Source: a virus. From it: a stretch of DNA of 64,000 nucleotides. Position 1 is the stretch's first letter; the number at the start of each line of letters is the position of its first letter. The stretch lies in the IMG/VR virus record IMGVR_UViG_3300027499_000007. One strand, 5' to 3'. The notes under the pieces were generated by a model that saw only the letters and a program-made list of their open reading frames with translations, was not told where the DNA came from and searched no databases. The position numbers were made by a program, and so were the translations under genes. Of this stretch, positions 25,694 to 34,129 are shown piece by piece.

Positions 25694-26041
25694 ATGACTA
25701 TTGCAGTTTCCCCCGAAATGGTTCCCCAAATTGTTGCAGAAGCCCAAGCGGCAGCTCAGACTGCGGCCGCTAAGTTCTTCCAAGAGCGTTTGGGTGGCAA
25801 GGATCAATACGCCTGTGGCTTTGCTTGGGTTGAGATTTACGGCATTAAAGGTAACACTAAGTTGGGCAAGGCACTTGCCGCTTGTGGTATAAAGAAAAGC
25901 TATAGCGGTGGCTTGCAGATGTGGAACCCTTCTAAGATGATGGTACAGAACATCGACACGCTAGAAGCAGGTGCTGATGCGGCGGCGGCTGTGTTTAAGA
26001 GCTATGGCTTTACCGCTTACTCAGGTTCGCGTTTGGATTAA
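25694..26041 (+). CDS. hypothetical early protein
   Basis: Own promoter and RBS; ACGFAWV motif. Confidence 0.75.
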   Translation: MTIAVSPEMVPQIVAEAQAAAQTAAAKFFQERLGGKDQYACGFAWVEIYGIKGNTKLGKALAACGIKKSYSGGLQMWNPSKMMVQNIDTLEAGADAAAAVFKSYGFTAYSGSRLD

Positions 26042-26152
26042 GGAGTTGAACATGGAGTTTATGATTAAAGATACTCTAAAGATGTTAGCATATGGTGTTC
26101 TAACTTATGCTATTCCACTCACACTGTTTTGGACTTTTGTAGGATAATTGAA

Positions 26153-26458
26153 ATGACTAATCTTTCTATTAATGACGTTAACACCGCTATTATGTTTGGC
26201 GACTTCAATGATGAGCAGTTGCGCTCAATTGGACAGGCTGTTACATACCGTCGTAATCAGATCCTCAAGGCTAACAAGCGTGAGATGGCTGTGGGCAGTC
26301 AAGTTAAGTTCGTTGGTCGTCAAGGCCGTACAGTTGTTGGCGAAGTTACTAAGATCAATCGCAAGTTTATTATTGTCAAAGAACAGCCCAGCAGTTTCAA
26401 TGGTGGTATCTTTGCTACTAACTGGCGTGTTCCTGGTAACATGCTTGAGCTGGTATGA
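26153..26458 (+). CDS. hypothetical early protein
   Basis: SH3-like C-terminus (VGSQVKF...WRVP). Confidence 0.65.
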   Translation: MTNLSINDVNTAIMFGDFNDEQLRSIGQAVTYRRNQILKANKREMAVGSQVKFVGRQGRTVVGEVTKINRKFIIVKEQPSSFNGGIFATNWRVPGNMLELV

Positions 26459-26618
26459 AATTTAGAGCTTGGTTAATAGAGATATGGCAGGAGCACTCTG
26501 AAGAAGTGCTAGCATGGACTGGGAAGCTACCTACTTATACTGCTAGTGATTACTTTCAAAAGTATAAGTGGTGGCTTCGTAGAGAATATAAACATTTTTT
26601 AAGTAAGGAAAAGTAATT

Positions 26619-27113
26619 ATGGCTACTCGTTCAACTATTGGTGTCCTTAACACGGACGGTTCGGTTACTGCGGTATACTGTCATTGGGATGGTTACCCAG
26701 AGCACAACGGTAAGATTCTGATTGAGAATTACACTACAGAAGAAAAGGTACGTGAGCTCATCGGCTTTGGTAGTATTAGCTCACTAGGTGCCAGCATCGG
26801 TGAACAGCATCCGTTCAGCAAGTTTGAGCTCAAAGAGGAAGCACCGGACTTTGACGAGTTGATGGCTTTGTATGCAAAGTCTCAGTCAGAGGGTTGGACA
26901 ACCTTTTACGGTCGCGACCGCGGTGAAACTGATGTTAATGCAAACACTTTTCCTAATGTAGCAGAGTTTGTAAGCGAGTTCAGTGAAGAGTATAACTACT
27001 TGTTCATTAATGGTACTTGGTTTGTAAACGATCACGGTGCTATGCAGTTGGATCAGCCGTTGTTTGATATGATTGATATTGTTCTTGCTCAGCGAGAAGC
27101 CGAGGACGCTTGA
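26619..27113 (+). CDS. hypothetical early protein
   Basis: MATRSTIG...VYCHWDGYP motif. Confidence 0.75.
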   Translation: MATRSTIGVLNTDGSVTAVYCHWDGYPEHNGKILIENYTTEEKVRELIGFGSISSLGASIGEQHPFSKFELKEEAPDFDELMALYAKSQSEGWTTFYGRDRGETDVNANTFPNVAEFVSEFSEEYNYLFINGTWFVNDHGAMQLDQPLFDMIDIVLAQREAEDA

Positions 27114-27409
27114 TGAAAGTTTTAGATGTACGTTGGTTCTGTGCTGGTCACGGTAACGTCGGTATTGTAAAAGCATTTGATGAATACGAAGGCACCAATT
27201 ACTATGTTGGCCAGTGCTCAGGTTCAGATGCTGAGTACGATGCTCAGTGGGTTGCTGACTGGGGTAGTCGCTTTCCTACAGAAGCAGGTAATGCTTTGTT
27301 TGGGGAAGATGAACTACGCAATGGTACGGCTGTACAAATTCCTACTAACGAGAAGCAAGCCCGCTTAATGGTCTTGCTCGGTGAACGATTCCTCATGGAG
27401 TGTAAATGA
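27110..27409 (+). CDS. hypothetical protein
   Basis: Coupled ORF. Confidence 0.65.
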   Translation: MMKVLDVRWFCAGHGNVGIVKAFDEYEGTNYYVGQCSGSDAEYDAQWVADWGSRFPTEAGNALFGEDELRNGTAVQIPTNEKQARLMVLLGERFLMECK

Positions 27410-27609
27410 ATCAACGGGACCGTGATAATCTAGACTTTCTACTTAATGCTAGTCCTGAGGTAATTCAGGATTGGTATAATAAGGTAGAGGACGACGATAT
27501 CCTATACGCATTTGAATTGTTGGAAATGGCAAAAGAAGAATTAATTGAACAACAGATGGCAGGCAACGATTTATCGGAAGCTCGTTCTATCATCTCAAAA
27601 TATATTTAA
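27406..27609 (+). CDS. hypothetical protein
   Basis: Coupled acidic ORF. Confidence 0.65.
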   Translation: MNQRDRDNLDFLLNASPEVIQDWYNKVEDDDILYAFELLEMAKEELIEQQMAGNDLSEARSIISKYI

Positions 27610-27618
27610 AGGATAGTC

Positions 27619-27891
27619 ATGGAAGGCATATGCCCAGTTTGCAATGGTAGTGGTAAGGTTCCGCTTACAGCAGATGAACTAAAGTATAGCTGGAACAAAG
27701 ATAAAACAGAACGCGAATGTGGTAACTGTGGCGGTCAGAAAATGTATGGCAGAGGAACTGGTAAAGTTCGTTTGAACAAAAGCGGCGAACCCTGTGTACA
27801 CAAATATGTTAGTTGTACAGTAGGGCGATGCCTAACAGAATACACCTGCTCTGAATGTGGGGACACATTTCAGGTTGACAGTGGTGGCTAA
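27619..27891 (+). CDS. zinc-finger protein (CxxCxGxG repeats)
   Basis: CPVCNGSG, CGNCGG, CSECG. Confidence 0.7.
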   Translation: MEGICPVCNGSGKVPLTADELKYSWNKDKTERECGNCGGQKMYGRGTGKVRLNKSGEPCVHKYVSCTVGRCLTEYTCSECGDTFQVDSGG

Positions 27892-27909
27892 TGGTGCTAT
27901 TATAATACT

Positions 27910-28413
27910 ATGATGAACACAGTTGAAAGAGCTAGAATTTTTGCTACTGCGGCCCATGCAGCCGTAGGGCAGACTCGCAAGTACACCGGTGAGCCGTATG
28001 TGGTTCACCCCATCGAAGTATCAGAGATAGTTGCATCAGTAGGCGGTACTGACGCAATGGTTGCGGCTGCTCTACTGCACGATGTATTAGAAGACACTGG
28101 TGTAACCTTTGATGTACTTGAAGCTGAGTTTGGTTCTGAGGTTGCAGAACTAGTGCTGTGGCTAACTGATGTTAGCAAGCCCGAAGATGGTAATCGTAGT
28201 ACTCGTAAGGCGTTGGATCGTCAGCATAGTGCGGCGGCGCCAGCTGAAGCACAAACCATCAAGGTTGCTGACTTAATCAGTAACACTAGAAGCATTGTTG
28301 CACACGACCCGGGCTTTGCAAAGTTGTACTTAGAAGAGAAGCGTATGCTTCTAGAGGTGCTTACCAAAGCAGATCCTACTTTACTCAACCAAGCCCAAGA
28401 ACAGGTAGGCTAA
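27910..28413 (+). CDS. stand-alone RelA/SpoT-type HD hydrolase (Mesh1-like)
   Basis: AHAAVGQTRKYTGEPYVVHP, LLHDVLEDT, IKVADLISN. Confidence 0.88.
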   Translation: MMNTVERARIFATAAHAAVGQTRKYTGEPYVVHPIEVSEIVASVGGTDAMVAAALLHDVLEDTGVTFDVLEAEFGSEVAELVLWLTDVSKPEDGNRSTRKALDRQHSAAAPAEAQTIKVADLISNTRSIVAHDPGFAKLYLEEKRMLLEVLTKADPTLLNQAQEQVG

Positions 28414-28414
28414 T

Positions 28415-28648
28415 ATGGATAACATTGATCTAAAAGGTAAAAAGTATTTTATGCTTAACGACTACGGGAACCTTTGTGTTCCTGCTAGTCTAGTTAACAA
28501 GATTGCAGAAGAATGTTTTATTGCTAGCACTACCTGGAAGGATGGCGTAGACATGGTTGACAAGGTTAAGCCTATTACAGGGTTCAGGGTCATTGATGTA
28601 GATGACATTAAGGCTGCTATTGTACAGCAAAAACTTGAGAACGCATGA
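28415..28648 (+). CDS. hypothetical protein
   Basis: ORF in tandem array. Confidence 0.6.
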   Translation: MDNIDLKGKKYFMLNDYGNLCVPASLVNKIAEECFIASTTWKDGVDMVDKVKPITGFRVIDVDDIKAAIVQQKLENA

Positions 28649-28941
28649 TCAAGCAACTACCTGTTATTTCTTGTGCAATAGCAGATAGCAGTGACTACGA
28701 CTACATGGTGGACAATGCTATATACAATACACTTGGGCCGCTATGGTCTTGGGCCGAAGAGCAGGGCGTAAAAATCAGCTTTGAAAAAAACATAGATAAT
28801 GATTTAGATACGATGTCGTTACGACTAAAGGTCACTGCATTGTTTGACGAACCAGCTCATTACGCCCTGTTTAAACTTTCTTTCAACGAGTTACCTTACC
28901 AAAAGTTCTCTATGGAAGACATGCAACCTATTTTTAGTTAG
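28645..28941 (+). CDS. hypothetical protein
   Basis: Coupled ORF. Confidence 0.6.
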   Translation: MIKQLPVISCAIADSSDYDYMVDNAIYNTLGPLWSWAEEQGVKISFEKNIDNDLDTMSLRLKVTALFDEPAHYALFKLSFNELPYQKFSMEDMQPIFS

Positions 28942-28956
28942 ACAGCATTTAGGTTG

Positions 28957-28964
28957 TATAAATA
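28957..28964 (+). promoter_or_regulatory. T4-type late promoter
   Basis: Exact TATAAATA upstream of hsp20; ATAAATA recurs at 9778, 10303, 15628, 31083, 32128, 42970, 43668, 61195 and 62316. Confidence 0.8.
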
Positions 28965-29040
28965 AATGTGTAACAAGCAATACGCCATATGGGTGTTGCA
29001 ATTGTTACAGAACAATCTTGCTTAATAAAGGAGATATACA

Positions 29041-29499
29041 ATGAATAAGCAATTACGTATCACATCGGACCTAATCAATAGTCCACTATATAAAGTAGCA
29101 GTAGGGTTTGATCGTCTATTTGACGACATGTTTGATAACCCAACATTTATCAGCACAGGCTATCCTCCATACAATGTTGCCCGCATCTCAAAAGAAGGTG
29201 CCGAAGACATTTATGAAATTACACTTGCGGTAGCAGGGTTTACTCAAGAGGATATTGAGGTTACTGTTGAAAACAATCAACTAAAGATTTCAGGCAAGAG
29301 TGCTGTGCTTGCAGAAGAAGTTGACACTAATGTTGAATACCTACACAAAGGTATCGCAGAACGCAACTTTGTTCGCACCTTCAAACTAGCTGAACATGTT
29401 GAAGTTGAATCTGCTGCTCTTAAGGACGGCATCCTTAAGGTTCGTTTAGTTCGCAATATTCCTGAGGCTGCAAAGCCAAAGCGTATTGCAATTAAGTAA
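29041..29499 (+). CDS. small heat-shock protein Hsp20 (IbpA-like)
   Basis: GFDRLF, YPPYN, LAVAGF, YLHKGIAERNF, DGILKV. Confidence 0.95.
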   Translation: MNKQLRITSDLINSPLYKVAVGFDRLFDDMFDNPTFISTGYPPYNVARISKEGAEDIYEITLAVAGFTQEDIEVTVENNQLKISGKSAVLAEEVDTNVEYLHKGIAERNFVRTFKLAEHVEVESAALKDGILKVRLVRNIPEAAKPKRIAIK

Positions 29500-29514
29500 C
29501 GCTGTTCACGAAAA

Positions 29515-29536
29515 GGGGGAGGGGCAACTCTCCCCC
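29515..29536 (+). terminator. GC-rich hairpin after hsp20
   Basis: GGGGGAGGG-CAA-CTCTCCCCC-type stem; no clear U tract. Confidence 0.45.
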
Positions 29537-29564
29537 GCTAAGTATATTATACAGGAATTATTAA

Positions 29565-29873
29565 ATGGCTAAGAGTAATGTAAAGACTAAAGTGTCTAGC
29601 AAAACACGAGCAGATATCTATTATCCAGATAGATTCAATGTGGTGTTTATCAACGACGATTTCACTCCTATGGAGTTTGTTATCCATCTGTTGATCGAGA
29701 TCTTTAACAAGAGTATCAATCAGGCCAAAGACATTACCTTAACTATTCACCAAGAAGGTCGAGCTATTGCTGGCACATACAATCATGAGATTGGTGAGCA
29801 GAAGGTACAGGAAGCAACTGTAATCAGCCGACACAACGGACATCCTTTGCAAATTATCCTAGAGAAGGTATAA
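29565..29873 (+). CDS. clpS: Clp protease adaptor ClpS
   Basis: VVFINDDFTPMEFVI...IHQEGRAIAG...HPL. Confidence 0.93.
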   Translation: MAKSNVKTKVSSKTRADIYYPDRFNVVFINDDFTPMEFVIHLLIEIFNKSINQAKDITLTIHQEGRAIAGTYNHEIGEQKVQEATVISRHNGHPLQIILEKV

Positions 29874-29874
29874 T

Positions 29875-31086
29875 GTGATCGGCAACTTTTTTAGCCTCGA
29901 AGAATTTCCGACGCTAAAAAACAATCCTAATTTAGTCTATTTAGACAATGCGGCAACTACTCAGACACATCGCTGGGTAGTTGATCGCATGAATACCTAT
30001 TACAATTATAACCGTGCTACAAGTCACAGAGGTGATTATCCTTTGTCGCATCTAGTTACTGATGACTATGTTACTGCTCGCAGTCAAGTAGCAAGCCTCA
30101 TAAATGTAGAAGCTGATAAGGTTATGTTTACATCAGGTGCTACACAAGGTCTAAACTATGTAGCTGAATGGTGTAAAGATGTGCCTGTCGTTATCATTTC
30201 CGGAGCAGAACATAGTTCAAATATTCTTCCTTGGCTAGCACAAGGCCGCAGTATTGATAATGGCAGACTAAAAGTTATTCCTATCAAAGCCTACACTGAT
30301 GGCAGTCAAGGCTTTGACCTAGAAGTAGCACAGAAGATTATCGAACAGCACCCTGAATCGGTACTTAGTATTACTACTACCTCTAACGCAACAGGGTTTG
30401 ATACAGAATGGCATACATTGCTCGACATGGCTCATGCTGTAGGTACAAGGGTATGCTTAGATATAACACAGAGCGTTGCACACAAACAAATTGACTTGAC
30501 TAAGTATTCGGCTGAATGGGCAGTGTTCAGCGCACATAAGATGTATGGTCCTACAGGTGTAGGTGCGCTATATTGTCGCTTTGGTTTTGAAAACATGAGA
30601 CCTTTGCAATATGGCGGCGGCCAAATTGATCACTTAGATTTTAATAGTGCGCTATTTAAAAATTCAATTGAACGTATGGAGCCCGGTACACAAAATATTG
30701 CAGGCATATTAGGGTTCGGTGTGGCAGCAGAATTTATTAACTATGTTACCTATGATGAAATTAGACTTATCGAACTCAACTTATATGAACATTTTATTAG
30801 TAATAAAGATATCAACAGCCTTGATGAACTTGATAGACTATTCTCACAGAAAGACGTAACTAATATCTTTAGCTTTAGAAGCAACAAGTATAGTCCCTAC
30901 GACCTAGCAACTATATTAGGAAGTAAAGGTATTGCAGTGAGATCGGGGAGAGTATGCGCTCATCCCTTTGTAAACAATCTAAGCAACAATGGCATACTTA
31001 GAATTAGCCTAGCACCTTATAATACCGTAGAAGAAATTGAATTACTAGGTTCAAAACTAAGCGAAGCAATAAACTTACTCAAATAA
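29875..31086 (+). CDS. sufS: SufS-type cysteine desulfurase
   Basis: YLDNAATTQ, FSAHKMYGPTG, RSGRVCAHP. Confidence 0.9.
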   Translation: MIGNFFSLEEFPTLKNNPNLVYLDNAATTQTHRWVVDRMNTYYNYNRATSHRGDYPLSHLVTDDYVTARSQVASLINVEADKVMFTSGATQGLNYVAEWCKDVPVVIISGAEHSSNILPWLAQGRSIDNGRLKVIPIKAYTDGSQGFDLEVAQKIIEQHPESVLSITTTSNATGFDTEWHTLLDMAHAVGTRVCLDITQSVAHKQIDLTKYSAEWAVFSAHKMYGPTGVGALYCRFGFENMRPLQYGGGQIDHLDFNSALFKNSIERMEPGTQNIAGILGFGVAAEFINYVTYDEIRLIELNLYEHFISNKDINSLDELDRLFSQKDVTNIFSFRSNKYSPYDLATILGSKGIAVRSGRVCAHPFVNNLSNNGILRISLAPYNTVEEIELLGSKLSEAINLLK

Positions 31087-31117
31087 ATATCACACACAAG
31101 AACACAGGAAGAATAAC

Positions 31118-31657
31118 ATGGCAACATTTAGAATTGTAGCACCTATCGTAACTTTTAGATGCAGAATACCCAGTGACGAATCACCCGGATTCGAATGGAA
31201 AGATGTAACCAGCGTTGATTTGTTTAAAGGGAAGCGAGTAGCACTACTTGCACTACCAGGGGCATTCACACCTACATGTAGTAGCACACACCTTCCAGGT
31301 TATGAAGCAGAGTATCGTACACTACGAGAACTAGGTGTAGACGAAGTATATTGCTTAAGCGTAAACGATAGTTTCGTTATGAATGCCTGGTTCAAGAGTT
31401 TAGATATTCGTAATGTTAAACCGATTCCGGATGGCAACGGCGAGTTTAGTCGTAAGATTGGATTCTTAGTTAAGAAAGAAAACTTAGGGTTTGGACATCG
31501 TAGCTGGCGCTATAGTATGATTATTAATGACGGTGTTATTGAAATGATGTGGGTCGAACCTGGTGTTGAGGATGATAAAGCAACCGACCCATTTTATGTA
31601 TCAGATGTTGGAACAATGATTAAATGGTTGAAAGAAAATCCTAAAGAAGAGTCTTAA
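31118..31657 (+). CDS. peroxiredoxin, Prx5/redoxin type
   Basis: LPGAFTPTCS, SVND, DGNGEF, RSWRYSM. Confidence 0.93.
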   Translation: MATFRIVAPIVTFRCRIPSDESPGFEWKDVTSVDLFKGKRVALLALPGAFTPTCSSTHLPGYEAEYRTLRELGVDEVYCLSVNDSFVMNAWFKSLDIRNVKPIPDGNGEFSRKIGFLVKKENLGFGHRSWRYSMIINDGVIEMMWVEPGVEDDKATDPFYVSDVGTMIKWLKENPKEES

Positions 31658-32108
31658 TCACATAGATATTTGCTTCTGAAGTTTCAGTACCAAAGAAATC
31701 GCCCACTGTCTCAAAGCCAAAACGCTCATAGGCAGGTAGGGCGGTTTTTCTTGGAATACTCCATACAGCATCACATCCTTCTAGTCTAGCTTGTGTTTCA
31801 GTTGAACCAAACAGCAATTGTGCTATGCCTTGTTTTCTGTAATTTGGGTCAACCCACAGACCCCTGCTTCTATATAAATTATCCTTGGTCTTATGCCCGC
31901 TGTTAACACCGATTAATTTGTCGTTATCGTATACAGCAAAAAATGTTGCAGGGTAATTGAATATAGCCATATCATATTCGATAGGGTTCTTATCATGTGG
32001 CCAAGTCATCGCACTGTGAGTTTCTATAGCACTGGTTCTACCGGGCCATAGTTTTTCACGCCATACTGCTTCTATTGTTTTAAACTCTATCAAACCAAGA
32101 CTTATCAT
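31641..32108 (-). CDS. GNAT-family acetyltransferase
   Basis: RGLWVDPNYRKQGIA...YERFGF; minus-strand ATAAATA 32115-32121. Confidence 0.85.
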   Translation of the reverse strand: MISLGLIEFKTIEAVWREKLWPGRTSAIETHSAMTWPHDKNPIEYDMAIFNYPATFFAVYDNDKLIGVNSGHKTKDNLYRSRGLWVDPNYRKQGIAQLLFGSTETQARLEGCDAVWSIPRKTALPAYERFGFETVGDFFGTETSEANIYVIKTLL

Positions 32109-32172
32109 AGTTTTATTTATGGAGTAATAAATATTTTCAACTGCAAAGCGGATTTCACACAGAGGAAAAATA

Positions 32173-33330
32173 ATGAGCTATCCAAACGAACTCGATCCCC
32201 GTTGGGACAACCAAACACTAAACTATGATTTGTCGAAACACAATTGGCCAGAGTATTGGCTAGGTGTTGCAAAACAAAAGTTTCCGCAGATCACAAGCCT
32301 AGAAACTGTACATGAAGTACTAACTACACAAGAAATTTCTGAGCTAGGCAAACACTGTCAACGTGCGTGTGATACTCCTGAGTTTATTGCACGAGCAGAT
32401 GCTTATTATCGTGATGCACTAGACGGACAGGTAGATGACGAGTGGATGGTTCAGCGCAGTTTTACTATTCGTATTGTTATCCCAAACCAAGCTAAGGTTG
32501 GTAGACTGTTGGCTTTCCACCAAGGCATTTGGGTAGGCAACGGGATTGGCTTACGCACTATATGGACACCATTTACTCGTTGTTACGGCAATAACAGTAT
32601 GCAGATTATGGGCTGGAAGGAAAGTGATGATCTAACTCAGAGTTGCTATAATGAGCAATGGAGTTATGATAAGCTACAAGAAGAATGCAGTAAACATACT
32701 TGGCCTGTTACACTAGAACCAGGCCAGGCCCACTTGTTCCAGCAGCATCACATTCATGGTAACTTCAACAACGATACAGAAATTACTCGTTGGAGTATGG
32801 ATGGCCGTGTTCTAGTAAAAGGTGGTTACTATGGTCGTAAAGTGCCGGGCGGTTATTTCCGCTTTCCGGGAGAAGAAGAAGATACTCGTCCAGTGGATAC
32901 TAGCAAACGTTGGATCAGCTATGCAGGATGGAATACCAAGTTCAGCAGTCCTATCCCACTACCAATGCAGAGAGCGATTGTAGATCAATATTGCGGTAAG
33001 CACGGCATTCGTATCAACGACTATCAGTTTGAAAATGAATTCCTAGACTGGTTACCGGGACTAGAGAAGTATATCACAGGCTACAACATTGATGCTATTG
33101 TGATGTGCAGTATCTTTAACCTACCAGACGATGCTGATCGACGTTACGAACTACTGAAGCTAGCAGTTGATAGCGGCGTAGAACTACATTTTGCTAACGA
33201 AGTATGCAGTGTTCGCGCACACAAAGACATCGAACACATCAAGCATGTGTTTGAATTTGTAAACGAGAATCCAGATCCTAATTTGTTCTTAGGATTCACA
33301 GGTGCAAAGAAGACTGGCTGGGCTGTTTAA
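32173..33330 (+). CDS. 2OG-Fe(II) oxygenase (StrG-like) fused to LIC12192-like domain
   Basis: FHQG...HGN...RWSMDGR; C-terminal QRAIVDQYC...IFNLPDD..RR...LHFANE. Confidence 0.65.
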   Translation: MSYPNELDPRWDNQTLNYDLSKHNWPEYWLGVAKQKFPQITSLETVHEVLTTQEISELGKHCQRACDTPEFIARADAYYRDALDGQVDDEWMVQRSFTIRIVIPNQAKVGRLLAFHQGIWVGNGIGLRTIWTPFTRCYGNNSMQIMGWKESDDLTQSCYNEQWSYDKLQEECSKHTWPVTLEPGQAHLFQQHHIHGNFNNDTEITRWSMDGRVLVKGGYYGRKVPGGYFRFPGEEEDTRPVDTSKRWISYAGWNTKFSSPIPLPMQRAIVDQYCGKHGIRINDYQFENEFLDWLPGLEKYITGYNIDAIVMCSIFNLPDDADRRYELLKLAVDSGVELHFANEVCSVRAHKDIEHIKHVFEFVNENPDPNLFLGFTGAKKTGWAV

Positions 33331-33911
33331 TGAGCTCTAGATTTATCCATCCCACTACACTTATAGTAGTAGCATTGGAAATGGAACTTCCTACCTTTTG
33401 GGGAGGGCCAATCTTGTTTACTGGTGTAGGTAAAGTAAGAGCAGCGGCAGCATTATCACGATACTTAGCAGTCAATCCACATATCGATACTGTTATAAAC
33501 TACGGCACCGCCGGAGGCATCAAAGGTGTAACCAAAGGACACATTTATCCTGTTAATAGGTTTATTGAAAGTGACTTCCGCAGTTGTGCAGTTAATCTTC
33601 CTCACAAGGACATGATCGAAGTTGACACTTGGTTAGACCACGAACACTTTTGTTGTAGCACACAGGATCACTTTGTAACTGATCCGACTGAACTAGATGA
33701 TGCGCCTTTTGGCGATAGTGTTAATCTAGTTGATATGGAAAGCTATGCTCTAGCATTTGTATGCTTACAACACGGTGTAGCGTTTAAATGCTACAAATAT
33801 GTAAGCGATGATGCAGATGACAATGCTGCCACTGAGTGGGTAGAAAATGTTCATGGCGGCGAAGATCAGTTTATGGAAATGTTAGTAAAGTATCATGGTT
33901 ATACAAGATAA
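33330..33911 (+). CDS. MTA/SAH nucleosidase-like (PNP_UDP family)
   Basis: TGVGKV, INYGTAG, STQDHF, VDMESYA, KYVSD. Confidence 0.85.
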   Translation: MSSRFIHPTTLIVVALEMELPTFWGGPILFTGVGKVRAAAALSRYLAVNPHIDTVINYGTAGGIKGVTKGHIYPVNRFIESDFRSCAVNLPHKDMIEVDTWLDHEHFCCSTQDHFVTDPTELDDAPFGDSVNLVDMESYALAFVCLQHGVAFKCYKYVSDDADDNAATEWVENVHGGEDQFMEMLVKYHGYTR

Positions 33912-34129
33912 TGAATGAAACGCTAGTTAATAACATACTAAACGAAGCTGAGTTCAAGCAGGGTGGTATGGTATGGAAACATGTCAAGAGCGGACGTAGT
34001 GATCCTCTAGTGTCTGTTCGCAGTGCTGTGGATCGTATGCGAGAACTACATGACATACCTGATAATCAATTTAATCAGGTATGTCACGAAGTGTTAAAAG
34101 GTGTGCAAGCTAGAGTAGCTGGCTTTTAG
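33911..34129 (+). CDS. hypothetical protein
   Basis: Coupled ORF converging on the large minus-strand gene. Confidence 0.55.
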   Translation: MNETLVNNILNEAEFKQGGMVWKHVKSGRSDPLVSVRSAVDRMRELHDIPDNQFNQVCHEVLKGVQARVAGF

